Below, piece after piece: positions 49,657 through 63,743 of a stretch of DNA of 64,000 bases. The notes under the pieces were generated by a model. That model saw only the letters and a list, made by a program, of their open reading frames with translations. It was not told where the DNA came from and did no database searches. Source of the stretch: Sarea resinae (Eukaryota); the NCBI GenBank assembly GCA_026026165.1, contig JAPEUD010000040.1:62001-126000 (forward strand), read 5' to 3'. A program made the position numbers and the translations under genes. Each line of letters starts with the position of its first letter. Within the stretch, counting starts at the first letter, position 1.

Positions 49657-50426
49657 TCGGTTCTGCTGAGGCGATGTGGCTACGATTGATGAGTGAACAG
49701 ATTTACCTAGTACCTATGTTTGCATTGGTGCATGGGAGGAAGGGCACATGCTCCTGCAAATCGTGGCTTACTCTATCATTTTCCTTTTTCCAATTAGCTC
49801 TAGTCTTACTGCGGGCATTTCCCTGCTTGTCTCTGATCGTGTCTTCGAAACATAAGCCAAATCACAAAAAAAAGCACCAGCTAATTAGTCGGTCAATAGC
49901 GAGCAATAGATTTTTATTCCGTGTTTCTTGCATCAAAAGCATATATTCAACCAAAAGCTAATTATAAGTAGCCAGCAATAAATCTCTATCTTTTTCCCTT
50001 GGTCTTGTATTATGTTTTCATAGAACAATTCTATACGTAATATACAAAGGCACGATCCGACTATAGTAAATTCGCAATTCATACAGACCCTAGAATACCT
50101 TACTCAACGATCCAAACAGAAAGAAAAGAAAAACGAGCCCAGAAACCAATCTTCTCGTTCGCCGCGCGCCGTCATCCATCCATCTACTGCGACAGTAAAT
50201 AACTGCGACAGTACATATCGTTGCAATGCTGGGCAGGAAGCCATCGCGCGCGGCGCGGACTTGGGTTAGCAACTTCAATTCAATGGTGGGACGGGCCAGG
50301 TCAGGCCTGTACGGAGTACCGCGGGGCGGAGGTACGAAGTACGAGATACGAGATATCCATTGTTTGCCAAGACACCCCGCCCCGCTCCGCCCCGCCCTGC
50401 CCTGCCCTGCTCCGCTACCACCCCAC

Positions 50427-50909
50427 CACACACACACACACACACACAGAGTCACACGCGGAGATATCTGATGGCGGAGCTTGGGATCTCTACTTGGTTG
50501 CACACAGCATAGAGGAACAGCGGGAAGGAAAAGAGATGGGAGAACGTTTATTCTATTAGGTGTGCTAGGGCCTATCTCCACTGCTAGCTGCACTGCTACT
50601 TCCACTGCTATCTCCACTGTTACTTCCACTGTTACTTCCACTGCTACCTGTCTGGCGTGTAATATATGATATGATATGATATCAATGAATGAGTTTGGAG
50701 GTGGTTAGGTGGGGTGGGGTCGGATGGATGGACGAAGCCTCTCCTTCTCCTTCCAAGACTCACACACCTCCCCCGGTGCAGTTGTGTTGAGACTGGAAAG
50801 AAAAGACCTGCACGGGACGTGAAATATACACGGCCGTTTTTCGTTTTCTCGCCGTCTGGGCCGGAGCGACAAGGAGGAGGAGGAGGAGGAGGAGGAGGAG
50901 GAGGAGGAG
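50427..50909. repeat. Cluster of simple repeats
   Basis: (CA)n at 50427-50448; a 12-bp TCCACTG(C/T)TAYY-like tandem at about 50573-50648; (GGA)n at 50872-50909. Confidence 0.85.
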
Positions 50910-51408
50910 CAGAGGATGGGGTGATGCGGTTGAGGGGGTTACGGGCCGGGCGGCTGGGGCTGTGGCTTGGGATGAGATGGGATGGGATGGGATGGCTTTG
51001 TGAGGGTGCATCTGGGGGTTTGGGGCGCAGTTGGTGATGGTGATGGTGGTGGTTGAGGGTGAGGGTGTCCGATGGTGTTGGCGGGGGGACGGATGGCGGA
51101 TGGAATGGGATGGCTAAGGAAAGGGGGAAAAGGGAAAGGAGTGCGCCGGGTGGACGGGGTGGACGGGGAGCAAAGCTCGGATGTTCATGTCGAGAGACGG
51201 GAGAGGCCATTTTGAATCGTTCACGTACTTGGACTATTGCCTTTTTATCTTCCATATCGGCTCTCTTCCATCGGCACTCTGGGCTCTTTTGAATTTCTAG
51301 TCCTGGCTCTGGTAATCTATCCAGACTACCGATTCCTATGGTCACGTTCGGATATCATACGTCTCCTTGCTTCGTCCCGCCGATCATCTATCCCCCAAAA
51401 CACTCCAC

Positions 51409-52939
51409 TCACAACTCATCCCTGTCCCTACCACCATCTGCGTCTTGCTTCTCCATCTCCACGCCGCTCTCGTTCTCCTCTCTATCTTGCAGCCCCCTCC
51501 TGACGAGACTACTCAGAATCTCATAGCCGACCTGAGCAGCAGCCAAGGCGGTAGTCTCGCCCCTTGCGTCAAACGCAGGACTGACCTCGACGATATCGGC
51601 ACCGACGACGTTCAAACCCTCAACGCCACGGAGCACGCGGATCAGCTCGCGCGTCGACCAGCCGCCGGGCTCGGGCGTGCCAGTGCCGGGCGCGAACCCG
51701 GGGTCCAGCACGTCGATATCGACGCTGAGGTAGACGGGCCGGACGGTGCCAATGTGAGCGAGGATGGAGCGGGCGACGGCGTCGGGCCCGCCCAGGTCGT
51801 CGAGATCGTCGGCCGAGATGCGCGTCCAGCCCTGCGCGTCGTCGTCGTCCCAGTCGTGCGTGTCGGATCCGGAGAGCCGCGTGCGCAGGCCGGCGTGCAC
51901 GGAGCTGCCGTTGGCCAGCAGCGACTCCCGCCACGCCAGCTGGAACATGCTGCCGTGCGTGAAGTCGCTCTGCGAGCCCGGCGTCGTCCAGTACGACGGG
52001 TAGGCGTCGGGCGACCAGGTGTCGAGGTGGGCGTCGAAGTGGAGCACGGTTAGCGGCTGGGCGTGGACGGCGTACAGGGCGCGCAGGGCGGGGAGGGCGA
52101 GCGAGTGGTCGCCGCCGAGGGTCAGGAGTTTCGGGGGCAATTGGGTCGTAGAAGGGGAAGAGTGGGCGGGCCGCGAGAGCAGCGTCGTGAATGCTTCCGT
52201 CATCTGGCGCAGCGCCAGGGCGTTGTCAAAGGGCGTTACTGGGATGTCGCCGCAGTCGAGGATGCGCGCCCACGATGTGTATGGATTTAGACGTGCCCGA
52301 GGGTTGTAGCCTCTGAAGGTGGTCTGGCGGGCCGAGGCGGCGCGGATGGCGCGTGGGCCGAAGCGTGCGCCTGGAATGGGATGGGTGTCAGTCCTGTTGG
52401 AGGAATGGGGAAGCGAAGGAGCTCATCATGACAAGTGGGCTAGGGACGGATAGGAATGTGGTCGAGATAATATAGAATCCATGCGATTGCAAGACTTGCA
52501 GAGAAGAAAGCCTACCAGGTCGATAGCTCACGGCGGTATCAAAGGGGGCGCCAATGATGCCGATATCAAAGTGCTCGTCCGGGTGCGTGAGACATTTCTA
52601 TTTTCGGTCAATCCATTGCCGTCGTCTTCTTTCCAGATATAGGAGCTCGTGATAGGCATACTACGTAGGGCAGATGGGCGAACGTGGAGATGCCACTGAA
52701 GCCCCACTGTCGACGGACGGACCGAGTTAGCTACGGGGGCGGCGTCGCTGCGGTGAGTAATAGGTCACCTCGAAAACCCATTTCCGCTCGAGTTCCGCTA
52801 CGTCTTCTTCCATGGGCCCCGGGGCGGGGTCGGCGAGAGGGTCGGCGCCATGGGAATGGGAAGCATGCGAATGGGCGGAGACGTGGTGGCAGCCGAGGAG
52901 CAGGAAGAGCAGAAAGAAGAGAGGGGTTACGGGGAGCAT
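51409..52939 (-). CDS. Agmatinase/ureohydrolase (arginase family) with signal peptide, 4 exons
   Basis: GISTFAHLP, GAPFDTAVSYRPGARFGP, GGDHS, HFDAHLD, SVDIDVLDPGFAPGTGTPEPGG, DIVEVSP. Confidence 0.92.
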
Positions 52940-54389
52940 CGTAGCATTGGAATCTCCGAGCGAGATATGACTGGAGAAAGAGATGAAGACGAGGATTCGA
53001 TGTATTTACGCTACGATCAATAGGCAATTGGCACTTTCTCTACCTTCACGTCGTGGTGAGGGGTTCTGCCGTCTGCCGTGGACCGAACGCAGTCGTGGAC
53101 GGTCAGGTCAGGGTCGTTGTTGTTATGTCATTGGATTAGTCGGAGCTGGACATGTTCCTTATCGATAAGGAGACCGGTGTCTTAGTAATACTGCCGCCGA
53201 GGACTCGGTATCTCTACAGAGCAGAAGAAGATTAAAAGAGGACTTGATGGGAGAATAGCCCCGACAACAATGCACGAGGAACTGTTACTATTTGGATGTC
53301 ATGCAACAGAATGAAAGTTCAAAGCTAGCTGGCTCCAAGAGAATGACGGCTTATCCATAGGTTCTGGAGACTTGGATTCCCTATCAAATCAACTCTAGCC
53401 CTCACCTGGAAACTCACCTCACCTGAAGCCTCACCTCACCTCGCCGGAATACGCGCACCTGACAGAAACAGCGGCAATGACATCGCCACCACTAGGTCTC
53501 ATAGCTCAGGTAGACACGGGAACGGTTTACGTTGCACTCGATGCTTTCGGTGGAATAGACTTCATATCCACGGTGATCCGCATTGAAGAGTTCTATTGGT
53601 CTGAGATGCTCTACTGCCGGGGCTGAGTGTGAAAAACACGCGCGCGTACGCAAAGAGCATGCATGCATGCCTGAGCTGGGACAAAGCGTGGCGGGCGCGG
53701 GGGACGCGGTCTTGATGGGAATGCAAAGAAGAGTCAAGGGCTGGGGCTGGGGCTGGGGCTGGGGCACTTCTTGGGCTCAAAGGCGTGATTGAGAAAGGGG
53801 GAAGGGGAATATGGGCATGGAAGGAGAAGGTGTATGGGCAGTTGCATGGGAAGGGGCAAGAAGGGGAAAAGGGGAAAGGAAAGCGAAGGGGCATGAAGGA
53901 TCTGGTAGATTGTCCGGAAAACTGGGTAACATGAAGAGAAAAATGGGCTTGTCGCTATCCTCGCCGACGCAAAAAAAGAAGAAAAAGAGGAACACGAGAT
54001 AATAGCGCCTGATGAATCGAGAAATATGAAAAGAAAAAGAAAAGACATTGGAGTCCGCCTGATCGGATCATAGAGTCAAAAGCCTTGCTGCTGTTCTATT
54101 CCTTGCCGCTGTGTTTTTGAAGTGCCGATGTTGATGATGAACGGTGGGCGATGATAGTAGGCTTGTCTGGCTTCATCGCGTTGTCGATAATAGTTGATCA
54201 CCAGTTTTGGAGCTGCGCTTGATCGTACAGGAATGATGAACTAGCATCAGGGGCGACGGGCTGAGTAGCGTAGCCATGCCGTTCTGGATGGTTACGATAT
54301 TAGTCCAGATGGCCAGCTGAGGATGGTTGATTGCTCATTGATCTTGGCTTACCTTGAATACAAGATGCCGCACCCAACCCGCTAGAAAA

Positions 54390-55312
<923 letters not shown>

Positions 55313-56717
55313 CTTTGCTGATCGGAAGCTTGCGAAGCTCTATGTTCTATCGCGCAAGCCGCAAGTTGGGGGAACGAGAGCGAACAGAGACGAGACTGGA
55401 GCTGTGGAGCTGTGGAGCTGTGCGGGGCGGTGAAGGAATTGGGGAGTCTGGCGCAAAGCAAGTGAATTGGGAATCGGCACCTCACGGGCAGCTAGCTGGC
55501 TCGCGTCTCGACGATGATCTTTCTCTCGACCAGAGTGGCGGATAAAGAGATGATGGATGATGGTCCACGATCGAGGCCGGTCGCAATCTAGGTGCGCATG
55601 GGATGATACAGGTCGGCGAAACGGGGGAGAGCTCAACGCAAGTGAAACGGGATGGTGAGACGCGGTGAGGTGAGGTGAGGTGAGGGAGTACGGGTGCGAG
55701 AGGGCGAGAGATTCAGAGGAGGTCGGTAACGAAAGGCCAGGCAGGTGGTGGTTGAGTCGAGCGCGAGCGAAAGTGAAGGTATAGAAGTCGAAGTGAATTG
55801 GAGTGAGCGAGTGGGCGACGGGAGTGAGTGAGTGAGTGAGTTGAGGGGCTCTGGTCGACGAGAGCAGTGAATGGCCCAAGTTCCCTTTCAGCAGGTCGGA
55901 ACAGTGAACAGTGACTCTACGAAGATACTCGTTGAGCTTGACGACTACTGCGACTGTTACTGCTACGGCTGAATAGTATTGTACCGCGACCACCACTGCT
56001 ACGCTTGACGAAGGTAATTACTTCTCGACCCGATAATGGATCCACCAGCGCGAGGCGAACGAACAGCCGCGGATTGGTTTCAGGAATGCGCCTGATCGTG
56101 GGCGTGAGTGGACATGGACGTGGGGAAAGGGAAGAGGAGAGCAGAGACGAAGGGGGTCGAGGTGCCCGAATGGGCAGAATGGGAACGAGCCGAAACAGCA
56201 GTGCATGGCTCCAAAACACCATCAGGATAATGCCTTTCTCTGTCGCATTAATATTACCATGGCAATTCCATCCTTTCGAGGTACTCCAGTACGGCAGGGT
56301 CATCCATCATGTCCAGTTCACGCTCTATTGCTTTTTCATCTACCTCCGCAGTACTCCGAGGGACGCCATCGCTACGACATCACACACCGTTCTGCTGGCC
56401 CGTCTTCACGTCTCTCCAGGTACAGCACGAGTACCGACGAATCACCTCTCGCCAAACTCATTTCCCTTCTGACTTCGGCCGCCCACGGTCCATGGCTCCA
56501 TATCGAGTCATGACTTGAGTCGGTCAGGCCGACTGACTACCTTACGTAGTAGACGATATCGAGGGCATCGCCCATGGATTGGATGAATACGACATCTTCA
56601 GTGAGGAGAGTACTCGGTCAAACTATCGCCAGACCTCAATCATTGCTTTGCCGGCTTCGCTTCGTAGATATTATCAATGACCCATGCATGCTCCGAACCA
56701 CACTCATGACCTCTCCT

Positions 56718-58919
56718 CTAGAATTCCTGGTTGGACGGTCTCTTCGTCTTGAACGATCGCACCGACCACACTTTCTTCCACCATGGCTGCTCGTGCCCTT
56801 CTTCTTCCTTGGCTTCTCTCTCGCCCACCGTATCGTCCGAGTCCGACCCGCTGTCATGGCTGTGCCCGATGACTTTTCCTTTCACGTGTTGGTTCATCTG
56901 CATATCTCCGATCAGCCGACAAGTTCCATGCAAGAGGGGCAGGCCATCACCACTCACTTCACCTAGCTTGTAGTTCTTCATGATCAGACTCAGCGGGATC
57001 AAGGGCGCGCACAAGCAGACCGAGATGATCAGCAACGTATGCATCGTCTCTTGATACGACCGATCAATGGCGGCCCTTTCAGCCGAGCCCTTGGCATAGC
57101 TCTTCGCTATCACCAGACTGCTATAGATACTTGCCGCATCACCCTTGGCATTGGCAGGGAGGTATTCTTTGAGCTTCTTCTGGATGTTGGCCGACCAGAC
57201 TGCGCCAGAGATTGCTGAACCGACCGCCCCACCGATTTCCAGAGTGGCGAGGAAGATGGCCGTCGCTGCGGCAACTTCTTGGTGACTAGCGGAAGCTTGA
57301 ACACCCAATTGAGCTGGAACATTGAGCATACCTCCACCGATGCCGACAGCAATCTGGGTCCCTACTATCTGGGCAGTTGAGCTAGCTTCGTTGCGGTACT
57401 TGATCATAAGTCCAATGCCCATCAGATATATGCAAGCGCCAAAGGTGACGAAGTATTTATAGTGCTTGACATATTTGATGCACAAGCCAGTAAGCACCGA
57501 CGTGACTGTGGAAGTGAACGAAAAGGTCTGTGTGATATGGCCGGCGGCGGTGATGGAGTCACCCTGGACGACCTGGAGATAGGAATAGAAATAAGGCTGG
57601 ATGGAAGTATAGAAAACCGCTACCGATTGTTAATGATGACGCCATGGCGGCAGATTATGAATACTGACCATAGTAGAAAAAGGCGATGGCGCAACCCGCC
57701 AAGATCGTGCGTTCTTTCAAAAGCCTCAAAGATAATAGCGGTCTCGGGGCCAATACTTTGCTCATTTCCCAAAAGGGAAAGATAACTAGACAGACGCAAC
57801 CAACAACGAGCATGGCAATGATGGATCCATTGTGCCATTTGCTATGGGCTGACGCTGCTAGGGTAAGCGGGACCAGGATCAGTGCGATCGCGGCCGAGAG
57901 CAGCAGCAGTCCCATGATATCTAGCTCAAACCAAAGGCTCTTGACGATTGAAACAAAGCTTCGGCCTTTCCATGGCTGAGGGGGTAGGAGGTTCAGTCTC
58001 GCAGCCTTTCTCGCATTTAGGAAAAGCGCAAGGGCAAGAGGCATGAAGGCCACAGGCAGGACAATTGTCCATATGCCATAGCCCCATCTCCAGGTTGTCT
58101 CGCCCAGAAGGCTCTGGGCAATTGGAGGACCGATCCAGACGGTGGCCAGAAAAGGAACATCCGGCAGACTGGAAAATAGAGCACGGTTGACGAGGTCGCT
58201 CGTATCAGCGATGAAAATCTGTTGGAGGATCTGCAGACCGGTAGAGCCAGCAGAATAAAACACCTGTGCCGATGCATATGTCTGGACATTCTTCGATGCT
58301 GCCATCTGAATGTATCCAATGACATATAGAAAAACGCTAAAGGTGAAGGCCTCCAGTCGACCGAAGACGTCCGAAAGCTTGGCCATTGGAGGTTTGATCA
58401 CAGCTTCACTCGTCATTAGCCAATCTCAACAAGGCATCAGCACAACCAGACGGCTTAGAACTTACCATTGACTACGCTTTGAACCACCACTACGGTGGAA
58501 ATGAGCGAGTGGTCATTGAATGAACTGGTTGCATATACCGACAACGAGGATGTCGTCTGTCCATCCAAGGAAGTCGAGCATGCCATCAAGAAGATTCTAG
58601 AGTCTATGATTAGCATCTCAAGGCTTCGACACCGCAGCAATAGCCTTCAGGGTTTGGAAAGGTGGCCTTGATGCTACCAAATCAACATATCAAGCGGGGT
58701 CTTTCCTCACCCAAGATAAGCAAAAGCAAGAGACCATGTCGTCCATGTTCGACTGACAGCCTCAATTCTTCGGATACCGGCCTGCGTGTTGCTATCTTCG
58801 CCGATCGAATTCGCATCGTCCCCCTCGGGTTCCTGTACCATGGGCTGGCTTTTTTCGGACCTCACCTCGATGGTACCAGGCTCTTCTATAACGGGAGCAG
58901 CATGCTTTTTTAGAGACAT
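56718..58919 (-). CDS. Siderophore-iron transporter (SIT/ARN family MFS; Sit1-like), multi-exon
   Basis: AGIRRIEAV..W, YATSSFNDHSLIST, KPPMAKLSDVFGRLE, QIFIADTS, WRWGYGIW, GGAVGSAISGAVW. Confidence 0.9.
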
Positions 58920-59005
58920 GTTGAAGGTATTACCGCCGTGCCCAGATAGACGAAATCGATGTGCCCAAAGCTTATCAAAAGAGGCACACGATGCAGGATA
59001 TAGAG

Positions 59006-59948
59006 ATCTGATAAAGGCGAGCGAGGAAGATCAGATTACTTGTAGGGCGGATGCAGCATCGGTAGTGAGAGAGAATTCGTACCGGTTTGGGACCTGCTAG
59101 GCCCGAAACCGACAAGGGCGAACATGTCGACGGAATGGCTGGCGTCAATGGGATGGGAAGAGCCAGTGAAAGCGTGGAGATGCGGGTGGAGACGGCCGGG
59201 ATGTGGTTTTTTGAGGGTGCGGCTGCCCCACCGGGAGTGCCAGTAATGCGCGCAATTTGACGAGGGAAGAATGCGTGGAAGGTGAGAAGAGGGAGGTGAG
59301 CTGATCTCGGCCGTTGGGGCTAGAAAACTTCGCGGGCGGTTTTATTACTACCTACGTAGCAGGGCTTGTACTCGGCATGGCCGTCTTGGAGTTCTTAGAG
59401 TAGGTAGGTACGGGTAGAGGACGGCGTACTCATAGTCGAGTCGAGTCGAATCAAGTAATAGGCCTGCAAGCGGACTGGGCAGGCCCTCGGTCTTCAGGGC
59501 TGTGTGACTTCGATTGCTCGCACTATGCCGTCTGGCGCGTTAGTTAGAGTTATCTGATCCGCGTCCGTTCTTAAGCGAGCAAATGATGCATCCGTGCTAA
59601 CGGCTCCATCGATCCTTCGTGCCTTCGTGGCTCATGGTGCACTCATGGTGCACTCATAGTGCACTCATCGTTGCAGCATTGCAGGGTATTGCAGCATCGG
59701 GAGTTGGGGGTGGTCCATGTCTCCACGTCGTATCCATGGAGTAAGAGATTGGTGACTTCCACTCCTGGCCGCTCATGACCTCCTTGGCGGCTACTCGACC
59801 GTCGATGACATCCAACGACGACACGATGCAGCTGTTTCGCTATTATCAATCATCAATGTTCTCGGAGAAAGTGGAGATGGTAGCAGCAGGGGTACACCAA
59901 GTCTGAATGGTTAGGCGGAGTAGATAGAATCTGGCCACCATCTGATAA
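59006..59948. promoter_or_regulatory. Three SreA-type iron-repressor sites ATCWGATAA
   Basis: ATCTGATAA at 59006-59014, TTATCTGAT at 59550-59558 and ATCTGATAA at 59940-59948, all upstream of the siderophore transporter. Confidence 0.7.
59631..59668. repeat. 11-bp tandem repeat
   Basis: CTCATGGTGCA x2, CTCATAGTGCA, CTCAT. Confidence 0.8.
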
Positions 59949-60840
59949 CTAACTGCCTACCTGCTCCATACGAGTACGCAATGCAATTCGCATCTTCTCG
60001 AGCAGTCTGCCCCGAAGAGCCCCGTTGCACTCCCAGCCACGTACCCCACATCTTACCCATTACGGACAAGTCACTCGTCAATCAATGATTACTGCCATGC
60101 CGTGGAGGTGGGATATAATCAGATGCCCAGATTCACCATCCTGGTGATCGGGAGTAAGGCATCAACACGCTAAGGTACTCTAGAGCAACCTTTGGACCGA
60201 GGCCATCTGCTCGAGGATCGGGATCCTCTGGACACGTAAGGATTCTCTAGGTGCTTGGCGTCTATCACGAAGGCCGTTCTGGAAGATAGCCTGGTGCTCT
60301 ACCATGTCGCTTTCACCGAAGCATGCATGTTCCACGTCTGGCGCTGGAGATGTTTAGTCCGATACCGGAAACGTCTCAAGGCTGCTAACGTAGGGAGAGA
60401 GCAATGCTTCTGGAAGTTTTGCCAGAGCTGCTCATGTTGACCTGCCGATGGCTTACAGTACTAGCTGCAGCAGCCATGCTTGGCCCCTGATCAATAGGGG
60501 GAGCCGATGGGGAGTCTGTTGTCAAGCTCTATCGCTTCTCTGGGACTTGTCTGTTCGGTCCGGGAAGGTTACCTCAATGATCAACTGAGGACTCTTCACG
60601 ATGGAAGGATGGTAGCTTGCAACGAGCTAGCTACAATTTGTGCCATCTGGACTTCTGAGCATAACAAATGTAGACGAGTCTCGACAAGTGACCATTCATT
60701 CAGGTAATTCTGACATCCTGCAAAGAGACGCGAAGATGGGGATATGGCTACAGCCTCTTTTCGAAGCCAACTTGAATCAACGAATCTTGATACAAACTAC
60801 TTTACAAGCAGGAGCCAAGCAAACCCTATCTCGAGACCTA

Positions 60841-61458
60841 TCATTCGATAATCAAATGGCTAAAAGTGACCTCCAGATCCTTCTTCTCGTCTTCTGCTAC
60901 CTCGTTAGGTCTTGCAGCATAGACGCCGACCCAGATCTCCTGTTCTTCGTTCTCGTCCGCAAATGCCCACGTCACTTCTCGGATAACGGTCTTCTCGATG
61001 CCTTCAACGAAGTGAACGAACAGACTCGGGCCTTTCCTATTCATCTCGACCGTCACAGTCTGGCCGTGGTCGTGTGGTAGGGGCATCAGAGACCAGTCGG
61101 CCCATTTTTCGGTGGCGACGGTGGCCACTGTAGCCTGGCTATTTACATATGTGATGCCGCTCGTGATCCATTTGACGGGATCGCCATCCTGTAGGAAGAC
61201 AATGATAAGTCCACCGTGATCATGGAGCGTTTTCCAATCCGCGGTGACGACCACGCGGGCCTTATCGAAAGTTGACACGGTCCGCTTCTGATAGAGTATT
61301 GGGGCGGTGAAGACGTCTGTTTTTGGAGGCTTGCGCCAGACGTCTGTCTTTGGAGGGACGACGATGGTGAACTCGGTTGGCAGCTCCTTGGGAGATTCCC
61401 GGTTCACGTTGGCGAATTGCCAGGGAGGCATGTTGGGACAGTCAGCGTTTTGATTCAT
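60841..61458 (-). CDS. DUF1349 (Ree1-like, concanavalin-fold) protein
   Basis: PKTDVWRKPP..APILY, WKTLHDHGGL, WADWSL, REVTWAF, VGVYAARP. Confidence 0.8.
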   Translation of the reverse strand: MNQNADCPNMPPWQFANVNRESPKELPTEFTIVVPPKTDVWRKPPKTDVFTAPILYQKRTVSTFDKARVVVTADWKTLHDHGGLIIVFLQDGDPVKWITSGITYVNSQATVATVATEKWADWSLMPLPHDHGQTVTVEMNRKGPSLFVHFVEGIEKTVIREVTWAFADENEEQEIWVGVYAARPNEVAEDEKKDLEVTFSHLIIE

Positions 61459-63743
61459 ATGAACGGCATTGAGGGTACAGTACTACAGGGCTTTCTAGAT
61501 GCAGATCTGGGATTCTTAAATCACATCGCGATGGCGGGGGAAGGTCGCTGGAGTCTGAATTGCGGGGTTCATGGCCACGAGGGCTAGCTGAGAGGGGTCG
61601 AGAGGCGGCTGATACGCCACCCGCAACCTTATTCGACTGGCCATTCTTTCAGTGTTGCGATCCGATGAGAGATCTGGCATTCTGCAATTGCGCTCGGGTT
61701 CATCGATGCCCGATGGCCATGCTCCTCAGACTCCTCATACTCCTCATGCTCCCGATGTATGAACATGAGAATGTCGGTCACGTGATTGCTGTCCGAGATC
61801 GCTGTCCGTGTCCACCTGCATCCATTCCATGCTGATCCCATCCTTTGTATTTCTCCGATATCTCGAGCAAGTGCCAAGTGGGCAACAAGTGAGGAGCTTC
61901 ACGATGGGATACCTCATGGGCTGCGAAGGGGACATGATGGATGATATCATTGCCCCTTGAGAGATGGCGGCCCCGACAAGGGACAGACGAGGGACACGCA
62001 CTCTGCCCTTGAGCATCCGATTTACGTACATTGTACATGAATCGCAGGCTCATCAGTCTGCATGTCTCATGTCTCTCGTCGAGATGCATGATCCAACACG
62101 ATCTAACTGATCCCACGGCCATCTGTCAGTCCTGTCAACTCGTCAATTGCATCTCGCAGGACATCCGTTCCATGTTGGATCAATGAGAGAGAAGCGATCT
62201 GGAGAGCAAGGAGGCAGCCCTGCAATCAGGAATCCCTCCATCTGGCTTATTTGATATTAGCGTTCGACTGACTGATGCTATGCGCGCCCGACGTATCGTC
62301 GAACATTCTTTTCTCTCCCCCTCTCCCTCTGCCTCTCCTCTCCCACACTCTCGGCCAACTAATACTCACCTTACGCAGCGACTTCAGTTGCTTCGTACAG
62401 GTACAGATGGACCTGGTGCCACACGGGATGTCGTTTGACAACTCACATCACATTAACAGCAGTTCACAGCAAGAGCTACGGCTACGGCTACGGCTACAGC
62501 TGCTCGTTGCTGCTGCTGCTCGGGCGCACAACATGAAGAATCTTACTGCCCCTGCCGACCGCATCTCTTGAATGGATTTCTTTCTACAGAGTACATCCCG
62601 CCCGTCTTTTGATCTCGCCCTTACCTTGGAAGCAAGCCACGGGCGATCCTTCTTCCCGACGGGATTTGTATGCCACGTCAGTTCTGACGGCTGAGTGCGC
62701 TCATTGATACATCGCCTTGCAAGCATATGTTCGCGCATCGCATCTAATTAGCGACGAACGGGCCTCGGATTGCTCCGCTGTCAGCGAAGGAGAATGCGAC
62801 AACAGCAAAGGCGCGAAAAGCCTTGGCCGCTTGCCATGATGAACGAGTGTGTGGGTGTGCGTCAGTGACGATGATGGCGACGGCGACAGCGACAGCGACA
62901 GCAACAACGTTGCCTTTCTTTTTCTCCGGCCGTCTCCCTGTCCTGTCTCTCTTCAGCTTGAGGCGAAGTCGATGTCATGCTTTTTACTGGTTCCTGCTTT
63001 CAACCTGCGCGAGCGACGCCTCGTTAAAGTTTGGCCACGCTACTCCGTACATACGCGTACCCACGCCGCGGCTACAGCAGGAGCTGAATGAAAGAGGAAG
63101 CATGAGGAATAAAGACGGGCTCTTCTGCTGATGTCCTTTGATATCTATGATAAAGAACCGGCACATTTGCTATCCGGCTAAAACATTAGGAAACTCTTCA
63201 TCACTTTCCGTCGCGCGCGAAACGCACCCCTGCGGCTTGGACCGTTTACGCTGTAAGCTTATATTAGCGATCTCTCTTCTCCGACGATCACCAACTTTCG
63301 TCAGCACTAGAGCGTTGTTGCCCCGTGCATTGTGCCACGGAAAGTCTTCATTCCGATCGAATCGTCTGTTTGGGCAATTGTCGCGAAGTTGCGCACGTAG
63401 TGCGGGACACTTGCGCGCATCTCACTGCAGCAGAAAAAGTCACCGTACAGTACGTGTTTACGATTTGCGGCACAAGCTTGCGATTGCGGCACGGAGTTTG
63501 CGATCTACGGTTGTCAGCTTATGGTGCATGCTCTTTTCTCCAAAGCGGCCCACTATCGAGATAACGGTCCGGGATATTCTGGGGTAAGGCGTCAAGCGCA
63601 TCAACCAATTTTCAGAACTTGGCAGCAAAGGTTCCATCTGAAACAAATACTACTCCTTGGCGGTACCCAGATTCCAGGGAGTGTACGATCCGAATCTCAC
63701 TCGCCGTTGACGCGGAAAAAAACCAAAAGGACGACTTCAAGGC

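Noticed and set aside
50090..51345. Long ORFs of 183 and 233 aa in the low-complexity region
   Set aside because: Built from microsatellites (GGA, CA, 12-mers) between convergent genes; no domain features
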